Below, in pieces: positions 13,340 through 25,656 of a stretch of 64,000 nucleotides of DNA (its first letter is position 1; each line of letters begins with the position of its first letter). The DNA lies in assembly GCA_965655095.1 (NCBI GenBank), contig OZ296650.1, positions 102,114,001-102,178,000 of the forward strand, written 5' to 3'. Both the position numbers and the translations under genes were made by a program. The notes below the pieces were generated by a model. That model worked only from the letters and a program-made list of their open reading frames with translations, was not told the origin of the DNA and did no database searches. The stretch comes from Haplodiscus bocki. Its lineage: Eukaryota.

Positions 13340-13640
13340 AGCCGACTCGAGCCGAGAAGGGTCTTCCAGGCGCCGAGAGCTCTCGGGTGACGACTCGGGT
13401 GCTCGATTCTGATTGGCTTGACGACTCGGGTGACGTAATTCTCGATTCTGATTGGCTGACGACTCGGTTTACGTAATACTCGATTCTGCCGAGAACCGAG
13501 GGTGCTCGATTCTGATTGGCTGACGACTCGGGTGACGTAATACTCGAATCTGCCGAGAACCGAGGGTGCTCGATTGTGATTGGCTGACGACTCGGCTGAC
13601 GTAATACTCGATTCTGAGTGGTTGCCGAGAGCCAAGGGTT
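13340..13640 (+). repeat. Subterminal repeats of element B (CTCGATTCTGATTGGCTGACGACTCGGGTGACGTAATA)
   Basis: Copies start near 13402, 13441, 13505 and 13569. Fewer inverted copies lie at ~34140-34262. Confidence 0.85.
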
Positions 13641-14014
13641 CTCGGGTGCTGCCGAGTCGTGTCGGTCCAATGTATTAAGATATGGATCGGAGAGCCGAAA
13701 GCCGAGTTAATATATTAAGATAGGTAATGCATGTTTTAAGATAGGGGATGCATGTATTAATATAGACAATAGCATTCGGTAAGGTAAAAGCATAGGCTAT
13801 AGTTCGTCTCAATGTATAAAGATATTCAATGGTTCATTTTCGACACTGTGCGACAATTTTCGGCAGTGAGACTTTTTCGAAAAGTTTCAAAAATTTTTGG
13901 GTGCCCACCGCCCGCGCGGATAATTACTACGGTGCGGACTAATTATGACGCCCGCGGTTAATTTTTACGTCTGCGGATACTGTTTTGACTTAAGGCAATG
14001 TGAAAAGATACTTC

Positions 14015-14215
14015 GGCAATGTATTAAGATAGGGTATAGTTCGGTAATGTAATAAGATAGTCTATAGTTCGGTAATGTAATGAGATATGGTATAGTTCGG
14101 CTCAATGTATTAAGATAGGGTATATATCAGCTCAATGTATTAAGATAGGGTATAATTCGGCTCGATGTATTAGAATAGGGCATAATTTGGTTCCATGTAT
14201 AAAGATAGGGAGTGG
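14015..14215 (+). repeat. 28-bp minisatellite block (GGCAATGTATTAAGATAGGGTATAGTTC-like)
   Basis: Tandem ~28-bp units, mirrored at ~33560-33757. Confidence 0.8.
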
Positions 14216-15944
14216 ACTGAATGACTCTGTTTCGGTACTGTGAGACTTTTTCGCAATTTTTTCTTGGACCCTCGTCGCGCGAACTAATTATGACGGGTAC
14301 CGCCTCCCGTACGCTTGCGCTCCCTTCCGCTGACGCTCGCTTATAATTTTTACACCTACGGATACTGTTTTGACTCAATGCAATGTGAAAAGATACTTCG
14401 GCATTGTAGTAAGAAAGGGTATAGTTTGGTAATGTATTGGGATTGGTTATTATATTAAGATAGGGTTCAGTTTCGCAATGTAAGATCTGATATAGCTCGG
14501 TCACGCCTACCGCACAGTAGTTTCACAGGAAAATCTCAAACATACAAGAAGATTGTAGCAATTGGACTGTGGCAACGCAAAAAAATAAAAATCGCGAAAA
14601 ATCTGTAGCATGTGTTGTCTCTTAATATACCCTATATGGAAAGACCAGTCATATAAGGAAAGGCTAACCATAAAAACACAAAAAACTGCACGAGCTGTCA
14701 ATCACCTTCTGTTACGATGGCGCTCCCTACCGCCTCGGCTCCCTCATACTGTTCTGACCTAAAGCTATTTAAAAAAATTGATTTTATTTTCGGAAAAGTT
14801 TAAGAGAGAACAAATGCAAACAAAAACATTGTGTAACCTGCATATTTAAATTGATGCAGACTACAAAAAAGATAATTTTTCACGTCTGGACCTGTATTGT
14901 ACGCCTGCAGGTACTCATTTGCTACGTCAACACACGTTTGCTGCGTATTATCAATAGATTTTGTTAAAAAGTTCGGGATTGACTGCTGTCTCTGATCCGC
15001 GCAATGTCCTGAGATACAAGCGAAGACGTCTGACATTGCAAAAATTTGGGTTCTTATTTCGATCAATGTATAATGATGGTTTTTATAGATGATGTTGTGT
15101 AGTGCAAAATTTTACATTCAAATAAAGCCGCATTTCTTGAACTAGAAAAGCAATGTTCACCGGCGCAACCCTTGTTCCGACGTTTACCATCATCACTCCT
15201 GGCCCTTATACTCACAGTAAACAATCAAAGACATTTCTTGCTAAATGTAACTTGAAAGTAAATTGTGAGAAAAAATGGGTTTGATAACCAAAAGTGATTG
15301 TATTAGTGTTACACATCTCAATCATGCAGTCAGACATTTATGCCATGTAGTTGACGTTTGTTCTACATTGCTGAAGGATTTTCATGACTTTTGTCTCTTT
15401 AACATGTCTGACCAAATAGTCGTGGGAATTTTTAGTTGTTTCTGGTTGAAAAACTACAAAAACATAGTTTTGCGCTACAGCATGACCATTAAGCAGTACT
15501 TTTGCGTCGGAGAGTTGTTCAACTATTAAAAAATGGTTTGAATGCACAGCAATGGAGACTGCACCACTGTAAGATACCACACAAAAATTTATGAAAATTG
15601 ACAGAAAAACTGTTTTCAGGCTTTCTTTGGGTTTGTCTACACAAATCATGGAGTTTAAGTACAATCAAGCATACAAAGGGATTGAAACAGGAGTCTTAGT
15701 TTGAAAATCAAAGAACATGAAGTCATATCGATCAAGTTTTTTTCTTTTTGCTTTGGTAGCAAAATGCTTAAAGCTAAATGATGAATTCACGTGACTTACG
15801 GCTTCTCCTAAATTGAATGCCAAAAAATGTTGGGACTGTATGCAGGAAAGTGGCCGAAAGAAATGCATTACCGAAGTATACCCTGTCTTAATACATTGGT
15901 GGGTAGTGTACGCTATATTATTACTTTGCTGAAGTACAGCCTGT

Positions 15945-17020
15945 TTCATTACATTGTTGAGCTTTACCCAACATTTTTACATTGCTGAGCTATACCCAAT
16001 TCTAACACATTGTTGAGGTACACCCCATCTTATTACATTGCTAAGCAATTCCCAAATACTGATACATTGCTGAGCTATACTCAATCCTAACACATTGTTA
16101 AGATATACCCTATCTCAATACATCACTGAGCAATTCCCAATTTCAATATTAACTGAGCTATACCCAATCCTAACACATTTTTGAGGTATACCCTATCTTA
16201 TTACATTGCTAAGCAATTCCCAAATACTGATACATTGCTGAGCTATACTCAATCCTAACACATTGTTAAGATATACCCTATCTTAATACATCACTGAGCA
16301 ATTCCCATTTTCATTAATAACTGAGCTATACCCAATCCTAACACATTGTTGAGGTATTCCCTATCTTATAACATTGCTAAGCAATTCCCAAAAATTGATA
16401 CATTGCTGAGCTATACTAAATCCCAACACATTGTTAAGATATACCCTATCTTAATACATCACTGAGCAATTCCCAATTTCAATAATAACTGAGCTATACC
16501 CAATCCTAACACATTGTTGAGGTAAACCTTATCTTATTACATCGCTAAGCAATTTTCAAAGACTAATACTTTGCTGAGCTATAACCAATCCTAACACATT
16601 GTTAAGATATAGCCTATCTTAAGACATTGCTGATCAATTCCCAATTTCAATACATACTGAGCTATACCCAATCCCAACACATTGTTGAGGTATACCCTAT
16701 CTTATTGCATATCAAAGCAATTCCCAAATACTAATACTTTGCTGAGCTACTCCCAATCCTAACACATTGTTAAGATATAACCTGTTTTATTACATTGCTG
16801 AGCATTTCCCAATTTCAATACAAACTGAGCTATACCCAATCCTAACACATTGTTGAGGTATACCCAACTTTGATACATTGCTGAAGTAAACCCTAACTCA
16901 TTACATTACCGAGTTATACCCAATCCTAACACCTCGTTGAGGTAGACCAAAAATTAATCCATTGGTGAGTTGTACCCGATCTTAGTACATTGTCGTACCA
17001 TGGCTGATCTTAACATACTG
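15945..17020 (+). repeat. 28-bp satellite with a 168-bp (6-mer) higher-order repeat
   Basis: ACATT anchors at 16035, 16064, 16092, 16120, 16175 and 16203. The six-unit block recurs every 168 bp. Confidence 0.9.
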
Positions 17021-17559
17021 CATGAAGGATGCTTTGTATTTGTTATTTGTAAGGCAATAATTTCCAGCCTTCAGGAGTGATCAATTGTTCAGAACCACCT
17101 GCCTGTTGTCAAGGAAAGGTGCAGTCAGGTTTCAACGGTCATTTGAGATAAATAAAGAAGTAAAGAGAGGAAAGTCTGGGAAGCTGTTGAGAAATTGGGA
17201 CACTGAGTAAAATGAAGCGCCCCAGTTTAACATCTCCTCTTATGCTGTCACAAAAGGCTTATTATACTTTGTGTTCCACATTTTCCACAAGTAACTTTTT
17301 CGCTGCGTTAGAGGGAAGAAATTTAAATCATAGTAATATAACATAAGTTTCTGAAGTAAACATATATTTTGTAACAACTTGACTGAACCAATGCAAAAGA
17401 AATAATGGCGAAAAAATGTAGCAAGTGCTACTCTTTACTTTATACCATATACGGAAAGACCATAAAAGGAATTATCAAAAATAAAGGGAAAGACCAACCG
17501 TAAAGGGAGCTGTCAATTAGTTTCTTTTGTTTTAAAAACCGACTATATACATTTAAAAA

Positions 17560-18751
17560 TTAGTTAAATGGATGAAAGAGTTTGTATGTCAAAACAACTC
17601 AAGTGGAACAAGTTCCCCTTTTATGGTGACAGACTGTCTGGGAAAATTTTTCGAGGGGATTAACATCGCCAGACAGCGTGTCTGAGAAAATCACTCAACA
17701 GGAACAAAGTCCCCTGATAAGGCGACAGGTTGACTGGAGAAATTACTCTGAACAAATGACTGAAAAAGAAAATAGTGTTAAAACTTGCACCAAGTCCCCA
17801 AAAAGAGAAACAACTCCCATTTACGGAAATCGTTGTAGCTTTGACCAAAAATGGAAAAGTTGTCCATATAAAGCAGGTATGAAGCGGTTAAAATCGTATA
17901 AAAGCAGCAACTTGCTACTCTGAAAATTCATTCTTCAAAAATCTTCCTCAACAGCAGCAACTCGCTTCTTGCAGCTACCAACGTACCCAACCGCTGGTGA
18001 AATTTCTCAACAATACCTGCCTACGATCAGATTTCAGTACTCAACCTTTGTCGAAATAGAATAACTTTTACTTTTGCAAGAAGCGATGTACAACTACAAT
18101 AAATCCGTACACTCTCCTTATGATCCTACAAAGCTTGCAATTCATTCTATTTTGCGTCCGGAAGATGATCTCATATCGAATTGTGGTCCGACTTTGAAAA
18201 AGACTTTCTTTTGATGACGTTGTACACTTCATTGACGAGGAGAACATGGTGACTTATGTAGATTTTGAGTGTGGCATTACGTTCTTCCCTGAAACTCCTA
18301 CGAAAGTCAGACAGATCAACCGAGAACGGAATTACATTTCCAGATCCTGTGAAAAACCCCAATGCATTCCCCGCAACGATCAACATACCTGTTTTGTTGA
18401 TGAGCAGCATAGCTCTAATGTCTTTCTGAACTCGTACAATTTATGGGACATGGTTCCAGCAGCTCTTATGTCACTCAGCCACACTATTGATACATACTCT
18501 ATGTTCAATCAGTACCTCAACCAACAACTCAACAACCTAGAGCAGACCCATATCCGGTGTTCTCTTCATTACGAACGATGAACAGTAAAAGGAAGGGATT
18601 GCGTGTCAGCTTTGCATTCTTTCAAAGAAATTACTTACCGGACGGACGAATAAACGAAACAGTTGCTAAGGTTGAAGAGTTGAATGATCTCTGCAAGCCA
18701 GGAGCAATGGATGGAACTCCACCTTTTGTGATGAACTGTAATTGTATCTAA
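17560..18751 (+). pseudogene. Degenerate ORF cluster of unknown function in the element B arm (mirror ~28440-29620)
   Basis: Overlapping short ORFs 17678-17923, 18246-18581 and 18557-18751 read like a frameshifted coding region. No recognisable domain. Confidence 0.3.
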
Positions 18752-19344
18752 GTGTAGCTATTTGTTTCACTTGTTTGATTTCTTTTGTTGCTGGTGTATT
18801 ATTTGTTGTTTTTTCGAAAATTTACCTTTTTGTTCCCTTTCTTTGATGACTTTGAGTGGGCAGTAAAAATTCATTGACATTTTGTATGTAAGGTAACACT
18901 CCTTTAGGTAACTGAAGCCGCAACCTATCTTAGTACATTGCAGAAGTTCACCCTAGCGTAACACATAAGTGCACCCCCTCCTGAGACACCACTCTCTATG
19001 ACCTACTTCAATACTTGATCAGGTCGGTTCTCTGCCTGATCAGAGGACATGACGTCATCAAAAATGAATCCTTGACTTCAGACTACTTATCTCTGTACGT
19101 TGCAAACCTCATAGTCTCTAGTAAAACCTTGTTAAATAGCATTCCTTATCTACGTATATCAATGAACAAACTCGAATCGGATTGGCTGTCTTAATGCGTT
19201 TTGTTACATTGATCACAGTTAAGGTACACAAAGCCTATCCTAACAGAATAACTTGACTAACCGAACCCACACCATACCTTAAAACATTACGGAAACGTGG
19301 CCTCTTAAGATAAACGCATGAAAATTTGGCAAACTGCAAAAGAA

Positions 19345-19940
19345 GTACACTCAAAATCTGACACGATGTAAAATTTTCAATTCAAAATCTGACGCGTTGT
19401 TAAAAAGTTGATTTCAAATGTGACAAGATGAAAAACTTTTATTTCAAAATCATGCTTTTTACAAAAACTTTTCCATTCAAAATCATGCTTTTTAGAAAAA
19501 ATTTTACATTCAAAATCATGCTTTTTAGAAAAAAAATTTTCTTCAGAATCGTGCTTTTTAAAATTGCACGTAATATGCAAAAAATGCGCATTTTACGGGG
19601 TAAATTGAATCAAAACGTGATTTTTGTGTGCAACAATTTTTTCAAAATCTGCTCTTTAAAATTAATTTGTTCTTCAAAATCGTGCTTTTCAGAAAATTTT
19701 TTTTCTTCACAATCATGCTTTTCAAAATTATATTTTTCTTGAAAAACTCACGCGTCCTAAAATTTTCAATTCAAAATCTAACGCGTTGTATTTTTCTCAA
19801 TCGAAAATCGTACGCGTTGTAAAACTCTGAAATCAAAATCTGACGCGTTGTGGAAACTTTGTTTCAAAATCTGCCCCGTTAGAAAATTTTAACTCAAAAG
19901 CCGACAAATTTTTGAACCTTTTTCCTTGAAATCTGATTTT
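19345..19940 (+). repeat. Low-complexity repeat built of TCAAAATCTGACGCGTTG and TCAAAATCATGCTTTT units (mirror ~27570-28150)
   Basis: Many short tandem degenerate copies. Confidence 0.75.
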
Positions 19941-20857
19941 CATCTTGTTTTTCAGCTTCTGACTGGATGATGAGATCTTCTGTCAACGTTGATACCAAAT
20001 TTGCGTTAAAGAGGAGAATTAAAAGAGAATGCGTGTTATAGATTTAGTCGTCAGATGTACAACTGAAACCTGCCACACGTCAATTCGTCTCTCAATGTGT
20101 GAGGATTAGCAATATGACAACACACAATTTTCACAGTAGTTACGGACAGAAGTCTATGGAGCATAAAATGAAGCAGATCAGCAGTGTTTCTCAAAATACA
20201 CCTTTGTGAAAACAAAAGAAAACGCTGTTTGGTTAGAATTCTATCCATTTTCTCCAACGTTTTTGTGTGAGCAACAAGAAAAGCGATGGAAAGAAGCTGA
20301 CACCTACACAGCATCTACCCAATATTGGCTGCGGGACGTTACCTACCACAATCTTGACACATATCAAAACTGACAATGCTTAATCGAAAATCTAATTTCA
20401 AGACATGTGTGACTCTAAACATACCTTAGGTGGTCCCATAAATTACCGAACCCTATACTGATCTTCAAAATTTGCAGAATTAAAGCATACTTCGATTCAT
20501 AAGTGTACAACCTTCTCAGCTTCAAGGCTAGTTCACCGTTTTTTAATGTCTGCACGATCTGGCTCTACACTCTATCACGATGCATTGCCGAACAAAATCA
20601 GCTCGGATTGCACAACATAATACATTGTTGGTCTTATGCACTCGGTTTTTGCCGAACACTCAAACTTGTCTAAAAGTAAGGACTTGGACAATCAAATCCA
20701 TACCTTACATTAATACATCGCGGAAAAATACCCTGTCTCAATACATTGTGAGACAGGGTATTTTCTCTCTCTGTCTCTGTTTAATAATAATGAGATATTA
20801 TTAAATAGTGTTTTTCAGTTGAAATGTTTGGGGCAGCCGTGGTGGCCCCATCTAGAA

Positions 20858-21562
20858 ATGAGATACCATCTCTTCAGATCCTCACCGAAGAAGTCTCTCT
20901 TCATTGCGGATTCTCAAACAAGAGATTTGGAAGTCCCCAACATAAATATCTTGACTTTACCTGGAGCCAAAGTCAACGACGTGCAGAGGTTCATCCCACC
21001 GAAAGGCAAATACGAGCTCATCGCCATATTTGTCGGTGGAAACGACTTGTACAACTACTGTCTCCCTTCCGAGTCATCAGTTGAGCAGGTTGCCGAGCGA
21101 ATTTGTGCCCTAGCTGACCAGCTGCTCCTGGTAACTGAAAGTGTGTTTGTGTTAGCTGTTCCCCCCCGCTTTCCAACCAGAAGGCAGATTAGAGCCTACG
21201 GACTCACTGAGGAGCAACTTCAACGCCACACGCAGGTCACCAAAATCCTGGGTGAACGGTCGCTGAAGTCCAAGTGGGGCTATCGAGGCATCTCCCAGCA
21301 CGTTTATTGTGAAAGTCACGTGTCGGAGTGGGACCATTATCACTTGAATTCAATTGCACTCAGTGGAATCAAGACAATCCTCAAAAACCGTGTTGTTTAC
21401 AGAAAACGATATTCCAAGAAATTGGCCAAAAAACAGCACCTCGCCTTCTATGAGTGTCAAAGCTACGAGAAGTGCAAGTGCGGATCCTTCAGGGAATATT
21501 ATTCCATAGGTTCCTTTCACAGGATCCACGGTAATACTACCCCTACAAAACCCAGTGGATAG
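20858..21562 (+). CDS. LINE-A ORF0: SGNH/GDSL esterase with C-terminal Cys cluster
   Basis: Blocks IADSQ, LPGAK, FVGGND and DHYH; C-terminal HLAFYECQSYEKCKC. ATG 20858 chosen by alignment with 43019-43630 (MRYHLFRSS vs MRFHILKSS). Confidence 0.85.
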   Translation: MRYHLFRSSPKKSLFIADSQTRDLEVPNINILTLPGAKVNDVQRFIPPKGKYELIAIFVGGNDLYNYCLPSESSVEQVAERICALADQLLLVTESVFVLAVPPRFPTRRQIRAYGLTEEQLQRHTQVTKILGERSLKSKWGYRGISQHVYCESHVSEWDHYHLNSIALSGIKTILKNRVVYRKRYSKKLAKKQHLAFYECQSYEKCKCGSFREYYSIGSFHRIHGNTTPTKPSG

Positions 21563-21678
21563 TTTTCCATAGGTTCCTTTTACAGGATCCACGGAAATAC
21601 TATCTCTGTACACACTGCTGTCCTCAAAAATCAAGTTGGGTTGCATAGGTTTCTTTTACAGAATCCATCGTAACATCA
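21502..21678 (+). repeat. Three ~38-bp hairpin repeats with unique 25- and 38-bp spacers
   Basis: TTCCATAGGTTCCTTT(C/T)ACAGGATCCACGG(T/A)AATACTA at 21502 and 21565, with a variant at 21641. Confidence 0.85.
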
Positions 21679-21809
21679 ACTTGAGAAAAGTTTGCCAATA
21701 AGCGAACGGTCGTTACGCTTAGTGAACCAGACCCTGAAATTCACTGTTTTACTTGTTGAATCCAACTCTTAAACAACTTATTGACAACAAAGCCAATTCC
21801 CCATCAACC

Positions 21810-22649
21810 ATGAACGAAAACTGTTTTACTTGTACCCACAGGATTGGGAAAGGAGAGAAATTCTGCTGTGTTTACTGCGACAGAGTCCTCCACTTCACTC
21901 CTGAATGCACTGGCTTCCCTGAACAAAGCATCCAAGTCCTGATCGAGCTGAAGCACAACCTGCTACATGTCTGCAACGATTGCACGCACAAGAAAACGAA
22001 CAGTGAGCCCCTGGAGGAAAAGCAAAAGCAACAGATGCAATTGAACTTCGATGACATCAACAAAAAAAATTCCGATTGCTCTGAGAACGTTCTGAAATCG
22101 TTCAAGATCATGGAGGAACTGCAAAAAGAAATAAACAGTCTCAAAACAAAACCAGCGTATTCTGCTGTAGTTGGCAACGCTACTGCAGGCAAACGTGTAG
22201 TTGTTCCTGTTCTGGAGACCAAAAAGCTTGGAATACGAGTTGAAGGGATTCCGGAAGCTGAAAACGAGAACGCCGACGAACGTCTTGCAACAGATCGGAC
22301 GGAAATCAATTCACTCCTGCATTACTTGGGAGTTGAGAGCAAGATCACCAAATTGAGTAGAGTCGGCCAATACGACAAGAACAAAGGCCCCCGAACAATC
22401 CTCTTTGACCTGGTAACCCAAGTCGACAAAGATCAAGCTGTAAAGTCAGCTTAAAAGTTGAAGACTTACAGAATACAGTCGAAAACCATATTCTTGAGCG
22501 CAGAATTGAACAAGGACGATGCGATGAAAGGAAATGAAGGACTGAAACTTCGGAGACAACTAATAGACAAAGGTATCGATCCAAAAATTCTGAGTAAGAA
22601 ATCTGACACTGCAGAAACTCAGAAACGGACTGTGGAGCACAATCTCTGA
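21810..22649 (+). pseudogene. LINE-A ORF1 (PHD finger, coiled coil, RRM-like/CTD region), premature stop at 22452-22454
   Basis: CFTC...CVYCDRVLH...EC...CNDC PHD pattern; IRVEGIPE...RVG...PRTI...; continues in frame in 22458-22649. Confidence 0.8.
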
Positions 22650-22707
22650 TTTAACAGAAAGCGATTGACTATCTTCAGAACCATCAACTGCACATATCAT
22701 TGCGACT

Positions 22708-25590
22708 GTGACACTCTTATCTTTCAATGTACGCAGTCTGTTGGACCACAAACGACGTGCAGCCCTTGCAAACTGTTTACTTCCTCTTGACTACGACATT
22801 TTATGCCTAACGGAAACCTGGCTCACTGAAAATGTCAGCAACTTCTCTATCTTCCTCAACAATTTTGGAATCTACAGGCGGGATAGGACCCCAACACAGT
22901 CAACCGGTTCCACCAAACACGGAGGTGTGCTAATTGCCATTCGTAAAAACATAAACCACGAAATAGTGTCCCTCGATGTCGAAGCACAAGACTACAAAGT
23001 TATGAAGATTTCATCTCATGACCCAGTACTGCTATGCTGCCTGTACAATCCACCTGCAACAAGTGCATACCACTGGACCAAAGCAAACAACTCGACACTG
23101 CTCCTCGAACTGAAGCAAAAAGAGATACTCCTCAACTGTAGCACAACTATTATAACTGGAGACTTGAACATGAAATCAACAAACTGGGAAACAATGTCCT
23201 CCAGAGACACGAACGAAGACTCACTGCTCACTGATTTACTTGACTCAGGTTTTCACGAATTCCTGCATCATGGTGAAGAAAAACAGCTCGACGTGCGGCT
23301 GACAAACAACCCAGACATTGTTATTAAGGCCAATCCTGACATGAGTGTCTTCAAGAAATACTCAATTGACGAAAAACCCAGCTCCGATCATCTGCCTTAC
23401 CAAACCCTACTAAACCTGACACAAGAGAGATGGCAATCACACACAAACCTGAAAGCATACGGGCTCCGGAAAGCCGACTGGGGAGTGGTTGTAGAGGCAA
23501 TTCAAAACCATCCCTTCAACCCATATTGCTACAGTAATACAAACGTACTGCTCGAATTATGGTACTTCTGGATACGGAAAATAATGGAGGATACCTTGCC
23601 AAAAGTCACAAAACATCTCTCTGAACTGCCTCCTTGGGTGACTAGCCCCACCTCACACAAGATGAAAAAGCTAGAAACGTTCAAGAGGAAAAAGAAAACG
23701 GGAGTACCAAACGTCAAGCTGGAGCTTAAAATAAAACGATTGTCAAAAGAAATCCATAGTGATGTCGAAGCCGACCTGACACATTTTGAGGAAGATGTTT
23801 TCCGCACTCGAGAGTTCAGCAAATTACAGAAATATCTTGCATGTGTTAGAAAGAAACCTGTGATACCCAGCATTGTGAAGCGACAAGGAATTCCAGCAAC
23901 TGACAAAAAACAAAGTGCAGACTTTTTCAACGAGTTCTGCAGCGTTTTCCACAAAGACACTCCAAACATCGTGAAGCCATACTATCCAAATAGAGAAGTA
24001 AAAACAGTCCACATCTCAGAAGAACGTGTCACCGAGCTTCTAGGAACGCTACAGGTTGGAAAAGCAACAGGACCAGATAGGATTGGAAACTTCTTCCTGC
24101 AGAATACAGCAACCGCTCTTGCAAAGTCTCTGGCACTCTTATACCGCACGATGGTCAATAAAGGAATCTTTCCGGCTTCTTGGAAAGTCAGTCAAATCAG
24201 CCCCATCCACAAAGATGGGGAAAAGGACTTTGTTGAGCACTATAGACCTATCAGCTTGTTGTGTTGTGTGTCCAAGGTCTTTGAACGTATAATCTTTCGA
24301 ACACTTTACGAAAATCTTCGCCACAAGCTACACCCAGCACAATACGGTTTCCGTCAAAAACGATCTGCCACCCTACAACTTCTGACCTTTCTCCACAAAA
24401 TCTACACCAACTATGATGACGAAGCAGTGAAAGAACTGGGAGTAATCTATCTCGATTTTGCAAAAGCATTCGACACAGTTCGACATGACATACTGATCAC
24501 AAAATTACAAGAAGTAGGTATTGGAGGCAAACTCCTACAACTACTTGGATCATACCTAAGTCAACGAAAACAATTCGTCAAAGTTGGTGAAGAATCTTCT
24601 GGGCTGAAGGAAGTAACGAGTGGACTACCCCAGGGTTCAATTCTTGGTCCCTTGTTATTTTTAGTTTTCATCAACGACCTGCCGAACAGCATGCAGAATT
24701 GTTACGGTTTTGCCGATGACTTTAAAGTTGTTGTGAAAAGCCAACAAGAACTCAACGAAAGCACTGCCACAATTGACTACTGCTGCGCGACGAACGGAAT
24801 GCAACTGAATGTGAATAAATGTGGCATCCTCGTACTCAGTGGGCAAATGAATGGCAAACTCAGCAACGAGAACATTGCTCTTCTCGAGACTCAGAAGGAC
24901 CTAGTTTTGGTAATAACGAAAAGTTTAACTTGACATAACAACTGTCACCAACGAACAAACAAAGCTCTAAAGGCGCTGTTTAGTCTTAAAAGAAACCTGT
25001 CCAGTAACTGCTCTATAAATGTCAAAATCAATGCCTTCACAGGGTACGTGATGCCAATACTCACGTATTGCTCCTAGTCCTGGCTCCCAAACAACACCTG
25101 TCTTAGAGATATGGAAAGAGTACAGAATATTGCCACCAAATTGTTTTACAGAAGCCATATAGAATACCGCGAACGACTACTTAAATGCAACCTACTGCCA
25201 GTATCAATGTACTATGAATTGCATGACATCCTTTATCTCGACTCACTGCTGAAAGGAAAATACGACATTGACATCAACAAATTCATATCAAAAACATCAG
25301 TTGAATCAACCAGACAATGTTCGCGGAGTGAACTGGAAGTCACTCGAACCAGGACACAGAAAGCTGATGAGAACTTTTTCATTCGATCGAGCATCCTTCA
25401 CAACATCATGTAACGGTCACTTGCGAGAATGTCGCTAAAGTTTAACAAAAGCAACCTAACTTATTTGTACTGGGACTACTTCACGAATAGGTACAGTGAA
25501 ACCAATCTTTGCACATGGGAGAATTATCTGTATATGCAACCATTGCAACCCCACTGGTAAACTCAACCATATCGGGACGATACAATGAAG
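22708..25590 (+). pseudogene. LINE-A ORF2: APE endonuclease plus reverse transcriptase, with stops after 24933
   Basis: SFNVRSL, CLTETWL, TGDLN, SDHLP (APE); YRPISLL, QYGFR, YLDFAKAFDTV, GLPQGSILGP, FADD (RT); terminal CTW...CxCxxC. Confidence 0.92.
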
Positions 25591-25656
25591 GGAGTCAATT
25601 GCCCTAGAGGACCAAACCTCTGAGGCCTCAACTACTACTACTACTACTACTACTAA

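Larger units (their letters stand above)
20750..25656 (+). mobile_element. Near full-length CR1/L2-type LINE ('LINE-A'): esterase ORF0, hairpin array, PHD ORF1, APE-RT ORF2, (ACT)n tail
   Basis: Absent from the mirror arm (empty site at ~26755-26780). (ACT)n tail at 25631-25654. Only ~3-bp TGT duplication at the junctions. Confidence 0.9.

Noticed and set aside
13315-13670. ORFs 13315-13635 and 13332-13670
   Set aside because: Translations of the subterminal tandem repeats.
19377-19822. Lys/Phe-rich ORFs
   Set aside because: Products of low-complexity repeats.
21872-24846. Antisense ORFs over LINE-A (and similarly over LINE-B)
   Set aside because: Shadow frames of real coding sequence with no independent motifs.
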